DNA from: Acinetobacter sp.
GTDB lineage: Bacteria > Pseudomonadota > Gammaproteobacteria > Pseudomonadales > Moraxellaceae
Assembly (NCBI RefSeq): GCF_039596015.1
Contig: NZ_JBCNKN010000006.1
Span: 17,471 to 81,470 of the forward strand
Direction of reading: 5' to 3'
Length of the DNA: 64,000 nt
Shown here: piece after piece, positions 30,998-42,745 of the stretch
Numbering within the stretch: the stretch's first letter is position 1
Layout of the letters: every line of letters starts with the position of its first letter
The notes under the pieces: model-generated
Told to the model about the DNA's origin: nothing
Databases searched by the model: none
The model's input: the letters and a program-made list of their open reading frames with translations, nothing else
Program-made: the position numbers and the translations under genes

Positions 30998-31591
30998 ATG
31001 AGTCATAAATTTCCAAGAATAGTCAAACTCAGTTTATACGGATTCATCAGCCTGTCGATTTTACTGCTCTTAGCGGTCTTTATTTTGGTCAAGCCAATGC
31101 GGGTTGTTTTTGCACATCACATTCCCTCATTACAGTGTACGGGTTTTGTTTGTGTTGATAATCCTCAAAAGCAACCACTCGCCCAAACCCTTTACGATCA
31201 GGCAGTCAAACAAACACAAGATAAAGTGGGTGCGTTTCATCAGCAACCCACCATGGTTTTTTGTTCTACCGCACAATGTGCACATCTGTTTGGGATGGAA
31301 AAAGCAGCAGCGAAAGCAGTTGGCGATTTAGGGCTACTTGTTGCGCCTCGTGGCTGGAAAAGTTTTTATATTCGCCACGAACTCATTCACCACCGACAAG
31401 CAGAAGAATGGGGAAATATCGCGATGTTTACCAAACCCAAATGGCTTGTCGAAGGCATGGCATACCGTTTAAGCGATGACCCACGCCCTACGCTGTCTCA
31501 ACCTTTTCAGCAATGGCGCGCACAATTTAAACTGTGGCATAAACAACATCCAAACGCAGACATTTGGTATACCACACAGCAAGTCCGATAA
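30998..31591 (+). CDS. Membrane-anchored putative gluzincin-type metallopeptidase
   Basis: N-terminal TM helix. HELIHH (HExxH), followed about 20 residues later by WLVEGMAY, the MA-clan third-ligand Glu context. Confidence 0.55.
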   Translation: MSHKFPRIVKLSLYGFISLSILLLLAVFILVKPMRVVFAHHIPSLQCTGFVCVDNPQKQPLAQTLYDQAVKQTQDKVGAFHQQPTMVFCSTAQCAHLFGMEKAAAKAVGDLGLLVAPRGWKSFYIRHELIHHRQAEEWGNIAMFTKPKWLVEGMAYRLSDDPRPTLSQPFQQWRAQFKLWHKQHPNADIWYTTQQVR

Positions 31592-31645
31592 CTTCCGCCG
31601 AGCTTCTGACCGTCATTCGAGCATATCAGAAGCTTTTTAACCGAA

Positions 31646-32296
31646 TTAAATCGACCAGTCCTGAATTGCCCAACCTTGTTGTTTAGCAAGGCTTTCCAAT
31701 CGTTCATCAGGATTCACCGCAATGGCGTGGTCGGCATATTCCAATAAAAAACGATCATTGATTGAGTCTGAATATGCCCATGACTCACTCACATTGCGCC
31801 CCGCCAACCATTGCTCAAGACGTACCAGTTTTCCTTGCTGATAACACGGTAATCCCACCACTTTACCCGTATAAACACCGTCTTTCACTTCGGCATTGGT
31901 GGCAATAATTTCACTAATACCAAATTCTTTAAAAATAGGTGCCGTAATAAAATCACTGGTTGCTGTAATCCCGACTAATGTGTGTCCAAGCTGTTGATGA
32001 TGTTGAATAGCTTTAAAACCTTCAGGACGCATTTGCGGGCGAATAATTTTCTGCATGAACAGGTCATGTAATTGTTTTAATCGCTCATTTGAGTTTTGCG
32101 TTAAAAACTCGAAAACAAATTCATTATAGGCAATCGGGTCGAGTTGCCCTGCCTTGTAATCTTCATAAAACTGGTCATTAATCTGACGATGTCGAACAGG
32201 ATCAACCAGCCCTTCACTTACTAAAAATTCACCCCACGAATGGTCTGAATCGGTATTTAACAGGGTGTGATCTAGATCAAATAAAGCCAATTTCAT
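31646..32296 (-). CDS. HAD-IB family hydrolase
   Basis: FDLDHTLL motif I, a GITATSD-like motif II and SDSINDRF motif IV. Confidence 0.8.
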   Translation of the reverse strand: MKLALFDLDHTLLNTDSDHSWGEFLVSEGLVDPVRHRQINDQFYEDYKAGQLDPIAYNEFVFEFLTQNSNERLKQLHDLFMQKIIRPQMRPEGFKAIQHHQQLGHTLVGITATSDFITAPIFKEFGISEIIATNAEVKDGVYTGKVVGLPCYQQGKLVRLEQWLAGRNVSESWAYSDSINDRFLLEYADHAIAVNPDERLESLAKQQGWAIQDWSI

Positions 32297-32480
32297 GAAA
32301 ATTCTCGTTCAAACTGAAAATAAAGAAAAAAAATGTAAATCTGTTCCCGCTAATGGCAAGAAATTCGTTAAGATCATAGCAATTTTTAACAATATTCTTA
32401 GCTCTTTTTTTGTGTCGGATAAACAAAATTTATTATCCCCAAAATCAAAGACAAAAAGATCAACAAGTTTAGGTAGCCAA

Positions 32481-32954
32481 ATGATCGACTCTGAAGGTTT
32501 CCGACCCAATGTCGGGATCATTTTGGCAAACGATGATGGACAAGTTTTATGGGCAAAACGCATTGGTCACAATGCTTGGCAGTTTCCACAAGGAGGAATC
32601 CAGTACGGCGAAACTCCTGAGCAGGCACTATTCCGAGAACTTCGTGAAGAAGTTGGCTTGTTGCCTGAACATGTCCAGATTATTGCGCAAACCACAGGTT
32701 GGCTGCGCTATCGTTTGCCAAGCCGATACATTCGTGCAGGTAGTGAACCTGTATGTATTGGACAAAAGCAAAAATGGTTTTTACTCAAATTGATGGCTTC
32801 AACGAAGTATATTCAGCTTGATTTGTCTGATCCACCCGAATTTGACCAATGGCAATGGGTGAGTTACTGGTATCCACTCGGGCAAGTCGTCAATTTCAAA
32901 CGGGATGTTTACCGTAGAGCAATGGCAGAATTATGTCCCCATATGCCATCTTAA
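32481..32954 (+). CDS. rppH: RNA pyrophosphohydrolase (Nudix)
   Basis: [15 protein letters not shown] start and Nudix box [23 protein letters not shown]. The ORF-track start at 32295 adds 62 unrelated residues. Confidence 0.9.
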   Translation: MIDSEGFRPNVGIILANDDGQVLWAKRIGHNAWQFPQGGIQYGETPEQALFRELREEVGLLPEHVQIIAQTTGWLRYRLPSRYIRAGSEPVCIGQKQKWFLLKLMASTKYIQLDLSDPPEFDQWQWVSYWYPLGQVVNFKRDVYRRAMAELCPHMPS

Positions 32955-33056
32955 AAACTTTCTAAAAAAAGAAGTTTTTAGTGAATGATTTTCTGGTGTG
33001 GGACTGATATAACTAAGACTTGAAAATATAAATAAAATGCTTGGGAGTATGCATTT

Positions 33057-35351
33057 ATGTCGAACATGCAATTAGACACCCTCAGACGGATTGTTCAGGA
33101 AATCAATGCGTCTGTGAGTCTGCATGAATCTTTAGACATCATGGTCAATCAGGTTTCTGAGGCGATGGATGTAGATGTATGTTCGATTTATTTACTAGAT
33201 GAACGTAACCAACGCTATATCTTAATGGCAACCAAAGGGCTAAACCCTGAGTCTGTCGGCACGGTATCCCTGCAAATTGGTGAAGGGTTGGTCGGTTTAG
33301 TCGGTCAACGTGAAGAAATTGTTAACCTTGACAATGCCGCACAGCATGAACGCTATGCCTATTTCCCCGAAACAGGCGAGGAAGTTTACAACTCTTTCCT
33401 TGGCGTACCTGTCATGTACCGACGCAAAGTAATGGGCGTTCTGGTGGTTCAAAAACGTGAACCTCAGGACTTTAGCGAAGCTGCCGAATCATTTTTAGTC
33501 ACGTTATGCGCCCAACTTTCAGGCGTGATTGCCCATGCACATGCGGTTGGCAATATCGAAGTGTTTCGTAAACCTAACAGTTTATCTAACTATAAAACCT
33601 ATCAAGGGGTTGCAGGTTCTGGCGGCATTGCGCTCGGACGTGCTGTGGTTTTATATCCTCCTGCTGACTTAAATGCCGTTCCTGACCGTGACGCGGACGA
33701 TATTAGCGAAGAACTTGAACTACTCGATCACGCCATCAAAAGTGTGCGAGAAGAAATTCAGTCTTTAGATGAAAAAATGCAAGACTCGCTGATGTCTGAG
33801 GAACGTGCATTATTTAGTGTTTTCCTGCGAATGCTTGATGAAAATGCACTACCCGCTGAAATCAAAGAGATCATTCGAGAAGGTCACTGGGCACAAGGGG
33901 CTGTCCGTCGTGTTTTAGATAAACACATCGCCTTGTTCGCACAAATGGAAGATGACTATTTACGTGAACGTGTTTCTGACCTAAAAGATCTAGGACGGCG
34001 CATTTTAGCTTCACTACAAGAAGCAGACTCGGGACACCGCGAACTTAGCTCGGACAGTATTCTGATTGGTGAAGAAATCAGTACTGCGGCATTGGTCGAA
34101 CTTCCTGTCGACAAAATTGCAGCGATTGTCACCACCGAAGGTGCAGCCAATTCTCACATGGTGATTGTGGCACGTGCTTTAGGTATACCGACAGTCGTTG
34201 GTGTAACGGAGCTACCGATCAATACACTAGATGATGTGGACATGATTATCGATGCCTATCAAGGGCGTGTCATGATTCATCCCCCTCGTCGCCTGCGCCA
34301 ACGCTACAAGGAAATCCAAAAAGAAGAAGAGCAAATCGCAAAAGACCTGAAACAGTATGAAACCAAGGATTCCATCACTCCTGATGGCGTAACCGTAAAA
34401 CTGTTTGTCAATACGGGTCTAATGATTGACGTGGTGCGTGGTGTACAACGTGGTGCAAAAGGTGTCGGGCTATATCGGAGTGAAATTCCGTTTATGCTGC
34501 GTGACCGTTTCCCAGGTGAAGAAGAACAACGTGCCATTTATCGTCAACAGCTCAGCCACTTTGCCAACAAGCCTGTTACCATGCGTACACTCGATATTGG
34601 TGCAGATAAAGACTTGCCTTATTTTAGCATCGAAGAAGAAAACTCTGCTTTGGGCTGGCGAGGTTTGCGTTTTACGCTAGATCACCCTGAAATTTTCTCT
34701 TCTCAAATTCGTGCTATGCTTAAAGCTAGCATTGGTTTAAACAACTTACACATTTTGTTGCCAATGGTGACCAGTGTCAGTGAAGTTGAAGAAGTACTTT
34801 ACCTGCTTGAACGTGACTGGGTTGCAGTGCAAGAAGAAGAACAGGTCAAAATCAACAAACCTAAAATCGGGATTATGGTTGAAGTCCCAAGTGTACTGTT
34901 GCAAATTGATGAATTTGCACCGTTGGTTGATTTCTTCTCGGTTGGTTCAAACGATCTTATTCAATATTTGCTCGCAGTTGACCGAAATAACCCTCGGGTT
35001 TCAAGTGTTTATTCGCATTTTCATCCATCTGTGTTACGTGCGTTACAAACACTGGTCAAAGACTGTCATCGCAATGAACGACCAATCAGTATTTGTGGTG
35101 AAATGGCAGGCGATCCACTGTCTGCAATTTTACTGATGGCAATGGGTTTTAATACCCTATCGATGAGTTCGAGTAATATTTTGCGGGTGCGTAAAGCAAT
35201 TTGTCTAACCCCAATGAGCGATGCTCAGGCCTTATTAGAACATGTGGTGAAGTTAAATAACCCGTTACTGGTCAAAAGCTGGTTAGAATATTATTTTAAA
35301 AATCATGGTTTAGGCGATATGGTGAAAAGTAATCGTATTGTCACTGCTTAA
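33057..35351 (+). CDS. ptsP: Phosphoenolpyruvate-protein phosphotransferase PtsP (EI-Ntr) with N-terminal GAF domain
   Basis: GAF domain followed by EI domains (GAANSHMVIVARALGIPTV with the phospho-His, GSNDLIQY). Conserved rppH-ptsP pairing. Confidence 0.92.
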   Translation: MSNMQLDTLRRIVQEINASVSLHESLDIMVNQVSEAMDVDVCSIYLLDERNQRYILMATKGLNPESVGTVSLQIGEGLVGLVGQREEIVNLDNAAQHERYAYFPETGEEVYNSFLGVPVMYRRKVMGVLVVQKREPQDFSEAAESFLVTLCAQLSGVIAHAHAVGNIEVFRKPNSLSNYKTYQGVAGSGGIALGRAVVLYPPADLNAVPDRDADDISEELELLDHAIKSVREEIQSLDEKMQDSLMSEERALFSVFLRMLDENALPAEIKEIIREGHWAQGAVRRVLDKHIALFAQMEDDYLRERVSDLKDLGRRILASLQEADSGHRELSSDSILIGEEISTAALVELPVDKIAAIVTTEGAANSHMVIVARALGIPTVVGVTELPINTLDDVDMIIDAYQGRVMIHPPRRLRQRYKEIQKEEEQIAKDLKQYETKDSITPDGVTVKLFVNTGLMIDVVRGVQRGAKGVGLYRSEIPFMLRDRFPGEEEQRAIYRQQLSHFANKPVTMRTLDIGADKDLPYFSIEEENSALGWRGLRFTLDHPEIFSSQIRAMLKASIGLNNLHILLPMVTSVSEVEEVLYLLERDWVAVQEEEQVKINKPKIGIMVEVPSVLLQIDEFAPLVDFFSVGSNDLIQYLLAVDRNNPRVSSVYSHFHPSVLRALQTLVKDCHRNERPISICGEMAGDPLSAILLMAMGFNTLSMSSSNILRVRKAICLTPMSDAQALLEHVVKLNNPLLVKSWLEYYFKNHGLGDMVKSNRIVTA

Positions 35352-35356
35352 GGTTT

Positions 35357-35548
35357 TTACACCCACAACATCCCCATAAAAAAAGAGCGATCTTCGCAAG
35401 AATATCGCTCTTTTTTGTGCTTGGTTGCACCACGCTTTTCAGCCTTTTTCCGATCTACAAAAACATGGCTGCGTTGAAAATCGTACATATGTTTTGCGAC
35501 CAAGTTATTAATTACAGGCATTTCGCGCTGTTGTTTATTCTTTTTCAT
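35357..35548 (-). CDS. arfA: Probable alternative ribosome-rescue factor ArfA
   Basis: 63-aa basic protein with GAGG SD. The pattern N-x-L-x-A...F-Q-R-x-x-V...RKK...K resembles the ArfA core (NAIEALL..FRQRVE.NKKGKG). An intrinsic terminator lies inside the 3' part of the ORF, as expected for arfA. Confidence 0.55.
   Translation of the reverse strand: MKKNKQQREMPVINNLVAKHMYDFQRSHVFVDRKKAEKRGATKHKKERYSCEDRSFFMGMLWV
35381..35416. terminator. Bidirectional intrinsic terminator (ptsP on +; inside the arfA ORF on -)
   Basis: AAAAGAGCGAT (35381-35391) / ATCGCTCTTTT (35404-35414), flanked by an A-run and a T-run. Confidence 0.8.
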
Positions 35549-35864
35549 CAAACACCTCAGATGAATTATTCATTCACACATTCAACACGTTCAAATTTGA
35601 AGATCACTTCAACATGCACATGTTGCACTACTACATAACTATACTGAAAAATGCCACTGACGAATACGTGTTTTTCAGTGCAGTTATGCTATACAGTTTC
35701 ATGTGAAACATGAATGAGGGAGTTTAAAAAAATTACAATTGAAAAAAACAATTCAAAATAATGAATTAATCAATTTGACTAATAATAGAGCAAATTCTAT
35801 GCTCTGAAAGTACGAAATATAGATCGTTTGATCATCACCATATCGTACTACAGGGGGAAGTTTC

Positions 35865-35933
35865 ATGATTGCAGCATCCATTCTACTCATGCTATCGCCA
35901 GTGAATTATTCAGATATAAATACAAGCTATTAG
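35865..35933 (+). CDS. Candidate 22-codon upstream ORF ahead of katG (MIAASILLMLSPVNYSDINTSY)
   Basis: GGGGGAAG ends 4 nt before the ATG. The TAG stop (35931-35933) overlaps the katG AGGAGA Shine-Dalgarno. Too short for the ORF track and unverified. Confidence 0.3.
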   Translation: MIAASILLMLSPVNYSDINTSY

Positions 35934-38144
<2,211 letters not shown>

Positions 38145-38157
38145 AACCAAGTCATTC

Positions 38158-38189
38158 AAAATGGGCTGCTCGTTTGAGCGGCCCATTTT
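38158..38189 (+). terminator. katG terminator
   Basis: 14-bp stem AAAATGGGCTGCTC / GAGCGGCCCATTTT (one G-U) with loop GTTT. Confidence 0.75.
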
Positions 38190-38193
38190 CATT

Positions 38194-39249
38194 TTAAACC
38201 GTCAATTTATGCCCTTCACGAATACAATAAAATGGATTCATTAACTTAGAAGAATGCTTCATTGCCTCATCCAAAGCCTGCTCAGGCTCTTCTCGCCCCT
38301 CATCGGTCAACTGAAATGTCCGATAATGAATGGCAATGGAACGCTGTGCATGCAAATCCATATGTGCCCGAAACGCTTCTTGAGGATTCATATGCAGATA
38401 TTTCATTAAATTACGTGGCTCATACGCCCCAATCGGCAACAATGCAAATCGGGGTGCACCAAACCGCGCATGAATATCTTTAAAATGACTGGAATAACCC
38501 GTATCCCCTGCAAAAAAGCCATATTGCGCCCCTTGTCGCAAACAAAAGCTTCCCCACAATGCAATATTTTGATCTCTTAACCCTCGACCTGAACCATGCT
38601 GGGCAGGCGTATAAATGATCTCAAAACCATGCAATTCCGCTGATTGCCACCAGTCAAGTTCAATCGTTTTCCATGCTTTGGGTAAATAAGCCGCATTGCC
38701 TAATCCTGTATAAATAGGCATCCCAAATTGTTTATGCAGCCATTTCAGACTCGCTATATCCATATGGTCATAATGGTTATGACTCAATAAAACTGCATGG
38801 ATCTGAGGAAGTTGTTCCAAGGCAATACCCGCAGGACAAACACGCTGAGGCCCTGTTCCCTGTTTCGGGCCTGCATACTCCGCCCAGACAGGATCTGTTA
38901 AAAAATTAAATGGCCCTATTTGAATTAATACGGTTGCATGACCAATAAACCAGATTTTCCAGTCATTTAAGTCAGCACTGGGGCGATTTTGTGGAATCTC
39001 ATGCGCCACAGCCAGATAACGTTCAAAGGTTTGTTTACGGTCAATTTGCCAAGTAGAGCTTCGACGTTTCAATACCCATTTCAACAAATTCCATGTAGAA
39101 CCTTGTGGTTTTCTGGATGACGTATTATGGAAGCGCCCCTCACTAAATTGTGGTGAATACACAAAATTAGACTTCGGTTGAGCAAGAACATGAGCCCAAC
39201 AATTTTTTGTGGGTAACTCATAATGTAATGTTGTTTTATTCTGATCCAT
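38194..39249 (-). CDS. MBL-fold metallo-hydrolase (NAPE-PLD-like)
   Basis: LLSHNHYDHMD (HxHxDH) motif. The start is uncertain: the ATG at 39249 (MDQNK) is used here and the ORF-track TTG at 39360 is possible. Confidence 0.75.
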   Translation of the reverse strand: MDQNKTTLHYELPTKNCWAHVLAQPKSNFVYSPQFSEGRFHNTSSRKPQGSTWNLLKWVLKRRSSTWQIDRKQTFERYLAVAHEIPQNRPSADLNDWKIWFIGHATVLIQIGPFNFLTDPVWAEYAGPKQGTGPQRVCPAGIALEQLPQIHAVLLSHNHYDHMDIASLKWLHKQFGMPIYTGLGNAAYLPKAWKTIELDWWQSAELHGFEIIYTPAQHGSGRGLRDQNIALWGSFCLRQGAQYGFFAGDTGYSSHFKDIHARFGAPRFALLPIGAYEPRNLMKYLHMNPQEAFRAHMDLHAQRSIAIHYRTFQLTDEGREEPEQALDEAMKHSSKLMNPFYCIREGHKLTV

Positions 39250-39527
39250 ATACAAAAATAATATCGTCGGTTTTATGTCAAGGTTCTTACAGTTACGTGA
39301 CCAAACAATGTCATGATGAAAACTTCCGCAACAATCATGCCATGCTGTACACCCAATCAATACGCCCTGCCAATATGACGAAAAAAAAGCAGAAAAGCAT
39401 CCTTGATTAAGTAATTTTTTTTAAATTGTGTTTCTTTTCAACTTTATGTGGCTTTTTGCGCCATGTTAGTGCATAGTTTAAGTCATACTGATATTTTATA
39501 AAGATAAGCTTTTGTTGGATCGGTTTA

Positions 39528-40427
39528 ATGGAACTACGCCACCTACGATATTTTATAACCGTTGCAGAAGAGCTAAATTTTAGCAAAGCTGCACTTAAAC
39601 TTTACACAGCACAACCTTCATTAAGTCAACAAATCAAAGACTTAGAAGAAGAGATTGGGGTTAAACTTCTAAACAGAACCAAACGCAAAGTTGAACTCAC
39701 CGAAGAAGGCGCCGTCTTTTTGGAACAAGCTCGCCTGACCCTCATGCAGGCAGAAAAGGCCGTTCAACTTGCACGTCAAGTGCATTTCAAAAAGCAACAA
39801 GCACTTCGCATTGGCTTTATTACAACAGCCGAAGTCCGTGTTTTCCCTAAAGTTTTACCAAAACTACGCATTCAGACACCCGATATTCATGTTGAACTAG
39901 AGCAACTTCACGAGCAGGAACAACATAAAGCCTTAAAACGCGGTGACTTTGACATTATCTTTTCACGTGAAAATTTAAATGATGATGACGAACTGACCAG
40001 CCATGTTGTGCTTCAAGACTCTCTGGCCATCATGTTGGCACACAATCACCCACTTGCAGCATTGCAACGGATACCGTTAGAGCAGCTTCAACATCAAGAT
40101 TTTATTATGCTCAATGCGCCTTCTTTTGCGATTATGAATCATACGATTTCACAATTTTTGCAAGCGCATAACCTCACGCTCAACATCCATAAAAAAACGG
40201 AAAATCTAGTCAAAACCATTACCGCCATTGAGGAAGGTGAAGGTTGCGCTATTTTGCCACAATACCTTGATCCCTTTATTAAACTTGACCATATTGCCGT
40301 GCGTCAGCTCGAATGCGACCTGCCAACACTCGACCTTTATGTGAGTTATCGTAAATACAACAACAATACTGCTGTTGAAAAATTCCTGTCGGTTTTGGCA
40401 CAGCAATTTGACTTGCACATTCAATAA
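39528..40427 (+). CDS. LysR-family transcriptional regulator
   Basis: MELRHLRYFITVAEELNFSKAALKLYTAQPSLSQQIKDLE HTH. Divergent from the MBL hydrolase gene. Confidence 0.85.
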   Translation: MELRHLRYFITVAEELNFSKAALKLYTAQPSLSQQIKDLEEEIGVKLLNRTKRKVELTEEGAVFLEQARLTLMQAEKAVQLARQVHFKKQQALRIGFITTAEVRVFPKVLPKLRIQTPDIHVELEQLHEQEQHKALKRGDFDIIFSRENLNDDDELTSHVVLQDSLAIMLAHNHPLAALQRIPLEQLQHQDFIMLNAPSFAIMNHTISQFLQAHNLTLNIHKKTENLVKTITAIEEGEGCAILPQYLDPFIKLDHIAVRQLECDLPTLDLYVSYRKYNNNTAVEKFLSVLAQQFDLHIQ

Positions 40428-40461
40428 AACAATGGGTTAAATCAACATTTAACCCATTGTT
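40428..40461. terminator. 15-bp perfect hairpin after the LysR gene
   Basis: AACAATGGGTTAAAT-CAAC-ATTTAACCCATTGTT, immediately after the stop codon. No long T-run. Confidence 0.55.
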
Positions 40462-40538
40462 ATCCTTCGTCTACTTCAGGAAAAAACATTGACGTCAGCA
40501 TGAAAAATGACGGCGTTTTTCCTGAATGACACTATTTT

Positions 40539-41147
40539 TTATTCATCACCAAAAAGCTGAGTCACCTTTTGATAGGTTGGTCTCTGCTGTATATGTGCTA
40601 AATAATTTGCTATGACTGGATCAGACTGCAAAGTACCAATTTTTAATTGCCAAAGAAGTATTGCCGCAACCAAAATATCGGCTGTTGTAAATTGCTCACC
40701 ACATAAATAAGGGTTTGCCGCTTCTATTCCCTGAATCAGCGCACGATGTGCGTCCTGATGATCACCATAACCAACAAACATTTTTTGGTCTGGCTGAATG
40801 TTGATTCCACGCATTTGATCGACTGATAATGCTTCCCAAGGCCCTGACATAAAAAACAACCAACGATAATAGACCCCACGTTGTGGATCATTCAGTGCAG
40901 GTGCAAATCCTTTATCTGCAAATTTATCGGTTAAATAAGCACAAATCGCACCTAACTCATAGATCACGACACCGTCATCCACAAGCGTTGGGACTTTACC
41001 AAACGGGTTTAGTGTTAAATATTCAGGTGTTTTCATGTCGGTATGATACGCAAGCTCAATACGTTCATATTCAACCCCGAGTTCTAATAACAACCACTCT
41101 ACAACGACACCGCGCGATTTTTGATTTGTATATAGTTTAAGACTCAT
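40539..41147 (-). CDS. Glutathione S-transferase
   Basis: 202 aa with a GST N-terminal thioredoxin-like fold (NPFGKVPTLVDDGVVIYE) and a GST C-terminal domain. Confidence 0.85.
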   Translation of the reverse strand: MSLKLYTNQKSRGVVVEWLLLELGVEYERIELAYHTDMKTPEYLTLNPFGKVPTLVDDGVVIYELGAICAYLTDKFADKGFAPALNDPQRGVYYRWLFFMSGPWEALSVDQMRGINIQPDQKMFVGYGDHQDAHRALIQGIEAANPYLCGEQFTTADILVAAILLWQLKIGTLQSDPVIANYLAHIQQRPTYQKVTQLFGDE

Positions 41148-41197
41148 TTTTATGTTTCCTAGTTGATGTTATATCTCTACTGTAGATGAGGTGATTG

Positions 41198-41890
41198 TCA
41201 GTTTTTGTCAGTAGTCTGTGATTCTTTTTCCCACCATTGTTGAAAGAGTTGTTGCTTAAAAGATGGATATAATTCCTGACTTAAACTTAACTGCTGAATA
41301 CGATCTATTCTAAAATGTCGAAAATCTTGTCTTAACTCACACCATGCTGCCAACACAATCTTGTCATTAAAATATCCCATGGCAAACGGCCATACAGTTC
41401 TGACACTCTTTTTCCCTTGTCCATCGATATAAGACACAGCAATTTTAACCTGTTGCCGAATTGCGATACGGATTTGTTCTAAGATTTGCATATCGACAGG
41501 CAACCAGACATTAAATGCCCTTAACGTGGTTTGTTCCATAAAATGTTGTCGATGTTTGGGCAATACTGCATCTAATTTGGCTAATACCGCATTGGATGCC
41601 GATTGTAACGACAGATCAGGCACACTCTTTAACCAGTGTAAAGCCAGAAAAATAGCCTCAATTTCTGTTTCATCCAAAGTCATGGGAGGCAGTAAAAAGT
41701 CTTCTTTAAGTTGAAAACCCAACCCCGCTGCGGCTTCTATGTGTACGCCTTGCCCTCTGAGGGTTTCAATATCCCGATAAACGCTACGCACACTAATCTG
41801 TAGGCGTTCAGCCAAAGCTTGTCCCGTTACAGGATGGCGATATTCTCTTAAAAGCTGCAAAAGATTTAGCAAACGGATGGAACGGCTCAT
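41198..41890 (-). CDS. YafY-family transcriptional regulator (HTH + WYL domain)
   Basis: MSRSIRLLNLLQLLREYRHPVTGQALAERLQISVRSVYRDIETLR HTH_11-type N-terminus and a WYL-like C-terminal domain (WPFAMGYF...AWCELRQDFRHFRIDRI). Confidence 0.8.
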   Translation of the reverse strand: MSRSIRLLNLLQLLREYRHPVTGQALAERLQISVRSVYRDIETLRGQGVHIEAAAGLGFQLKEDFLLPPMTLDETEIEAIFLALHWLKSVPDLSLQSASNAVLAKLDAVLPKHRQHFMEQTTLRAFNVWLPVDMQILEQIRIAIRQQVKIAVSYIDGQGKKSVRTVWPFAMGYFNDKIVLAAWCELRQDFRHFRIDRIQQLSLSQELYPSFKQQLFQQWWEKESQTTDKN

Positions 41891-42091
41891 GATTTCCCTA
41901 TTGTTATTATGCAAGATGAAGAAATCTTGCTTCCTTCATCTTCAATGAAACCACTTCAACGTGATGAATACCTTAGGGCTTTAAAAACATCGCCCCAAAT
42001 ATTCAAAATTTACCGATATTTTTGGTGCATCACAATCCATGGCCTGCCATAAAATATTTAACAGACAGATCTCTCAAAAGATCAATCAATC

Positions 42092-42745
42092 CTAGGCGAA
42101 AGCTGTTAAATAATCATGCAAAACAGGAACATTTTCTGCAATCATCAAGGGCTGATATTGCTGCAACACATCAACCGAATGTACACCATAACTGACCCCC
42201 ACACGCGGCATGGCAATGTTTTTTGCCATTTCTAAGTCATAGCTGGTATCTCCAACCATGATCGCCTGCTCAGGTGCGACACCTGTAAAGGATAAAATTT
42301 CCTGCAACATTTGTGGATGCGGCTTCGATTTTGTTTCACTCGCAGCGCGGGTAATATCAAATAGGTTTTGACTATTGGTTTTCGCCAAAACACGGTCTAA
42401 ACCACGACGGCTTTTTCCTGTTGCAACGGCCAGTTTAAAACCACGCTGTTTTAAATCATCCAGCATTTCAGCAACACCATGAAACCACTGGTCTTGTTGA
42501 GAGTTCTCGACATAATGGCTGGCATAATGCTCTAAAATAGACGGATGTAATTCAGGCACTTTCGGAAACAAGATCTGCATGACTTCTGGTAAACCTAAAC
42601 CAATGATGCTTTTGGCTGCATCATCAGTTAATGGCTGATCAAATTGCTGTGCTGCATATAACAGGCTTTCTACAATTTGCCCAACAGAGTCAAATAATGT
42701 GCCATCCCAATCAAAAATAACTAGTTTTGGCTGATCTGGCATCAT
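42092..42745 (-). CDS. HAD-IA hydrolase (phosphoglycolate phosphatase-like)
   Basis: FDWDGTLFDS motif I, a TGKSRR-type motif II/III region and VGDTSYD motif IV. ATGA start/stop overlap with rluC. Confidence 0.8.
   Translation of the reverse strand: MMPDQPKLVIFDWDGTLFDSVGQIVESLLYAAQQFDQPLTDDAAKSIIGLGLPEVMQILFPKVPELHPSILEHYASHYVENSQQDQWFHGVAEMLDDLKQRGFKLAVATGKSRRGLDRVLAKTNSQNLFDITRAASETKSKPHPQMLQEILSFTGVAPEQAIMVGDTSYDLEMAKNIAMPRVGVSYGVHSVDVLQQYQPLMIAENVPVLHDYLTAFA

Noticed and set aside
40476-40525. Imperfect 11-bp inverted repeat TCAGGAAAAAAC...GTTTTTCCTGA enclosing a TGACGTCA palindrome, downstream of the GST gene
   Set aside because: It is most simply a terminator-like hairpin for the GST gene. 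One arm has an extra A, and a single TGACGTCA palindrome in AT-rich spacer is not enough to call a regulator site.
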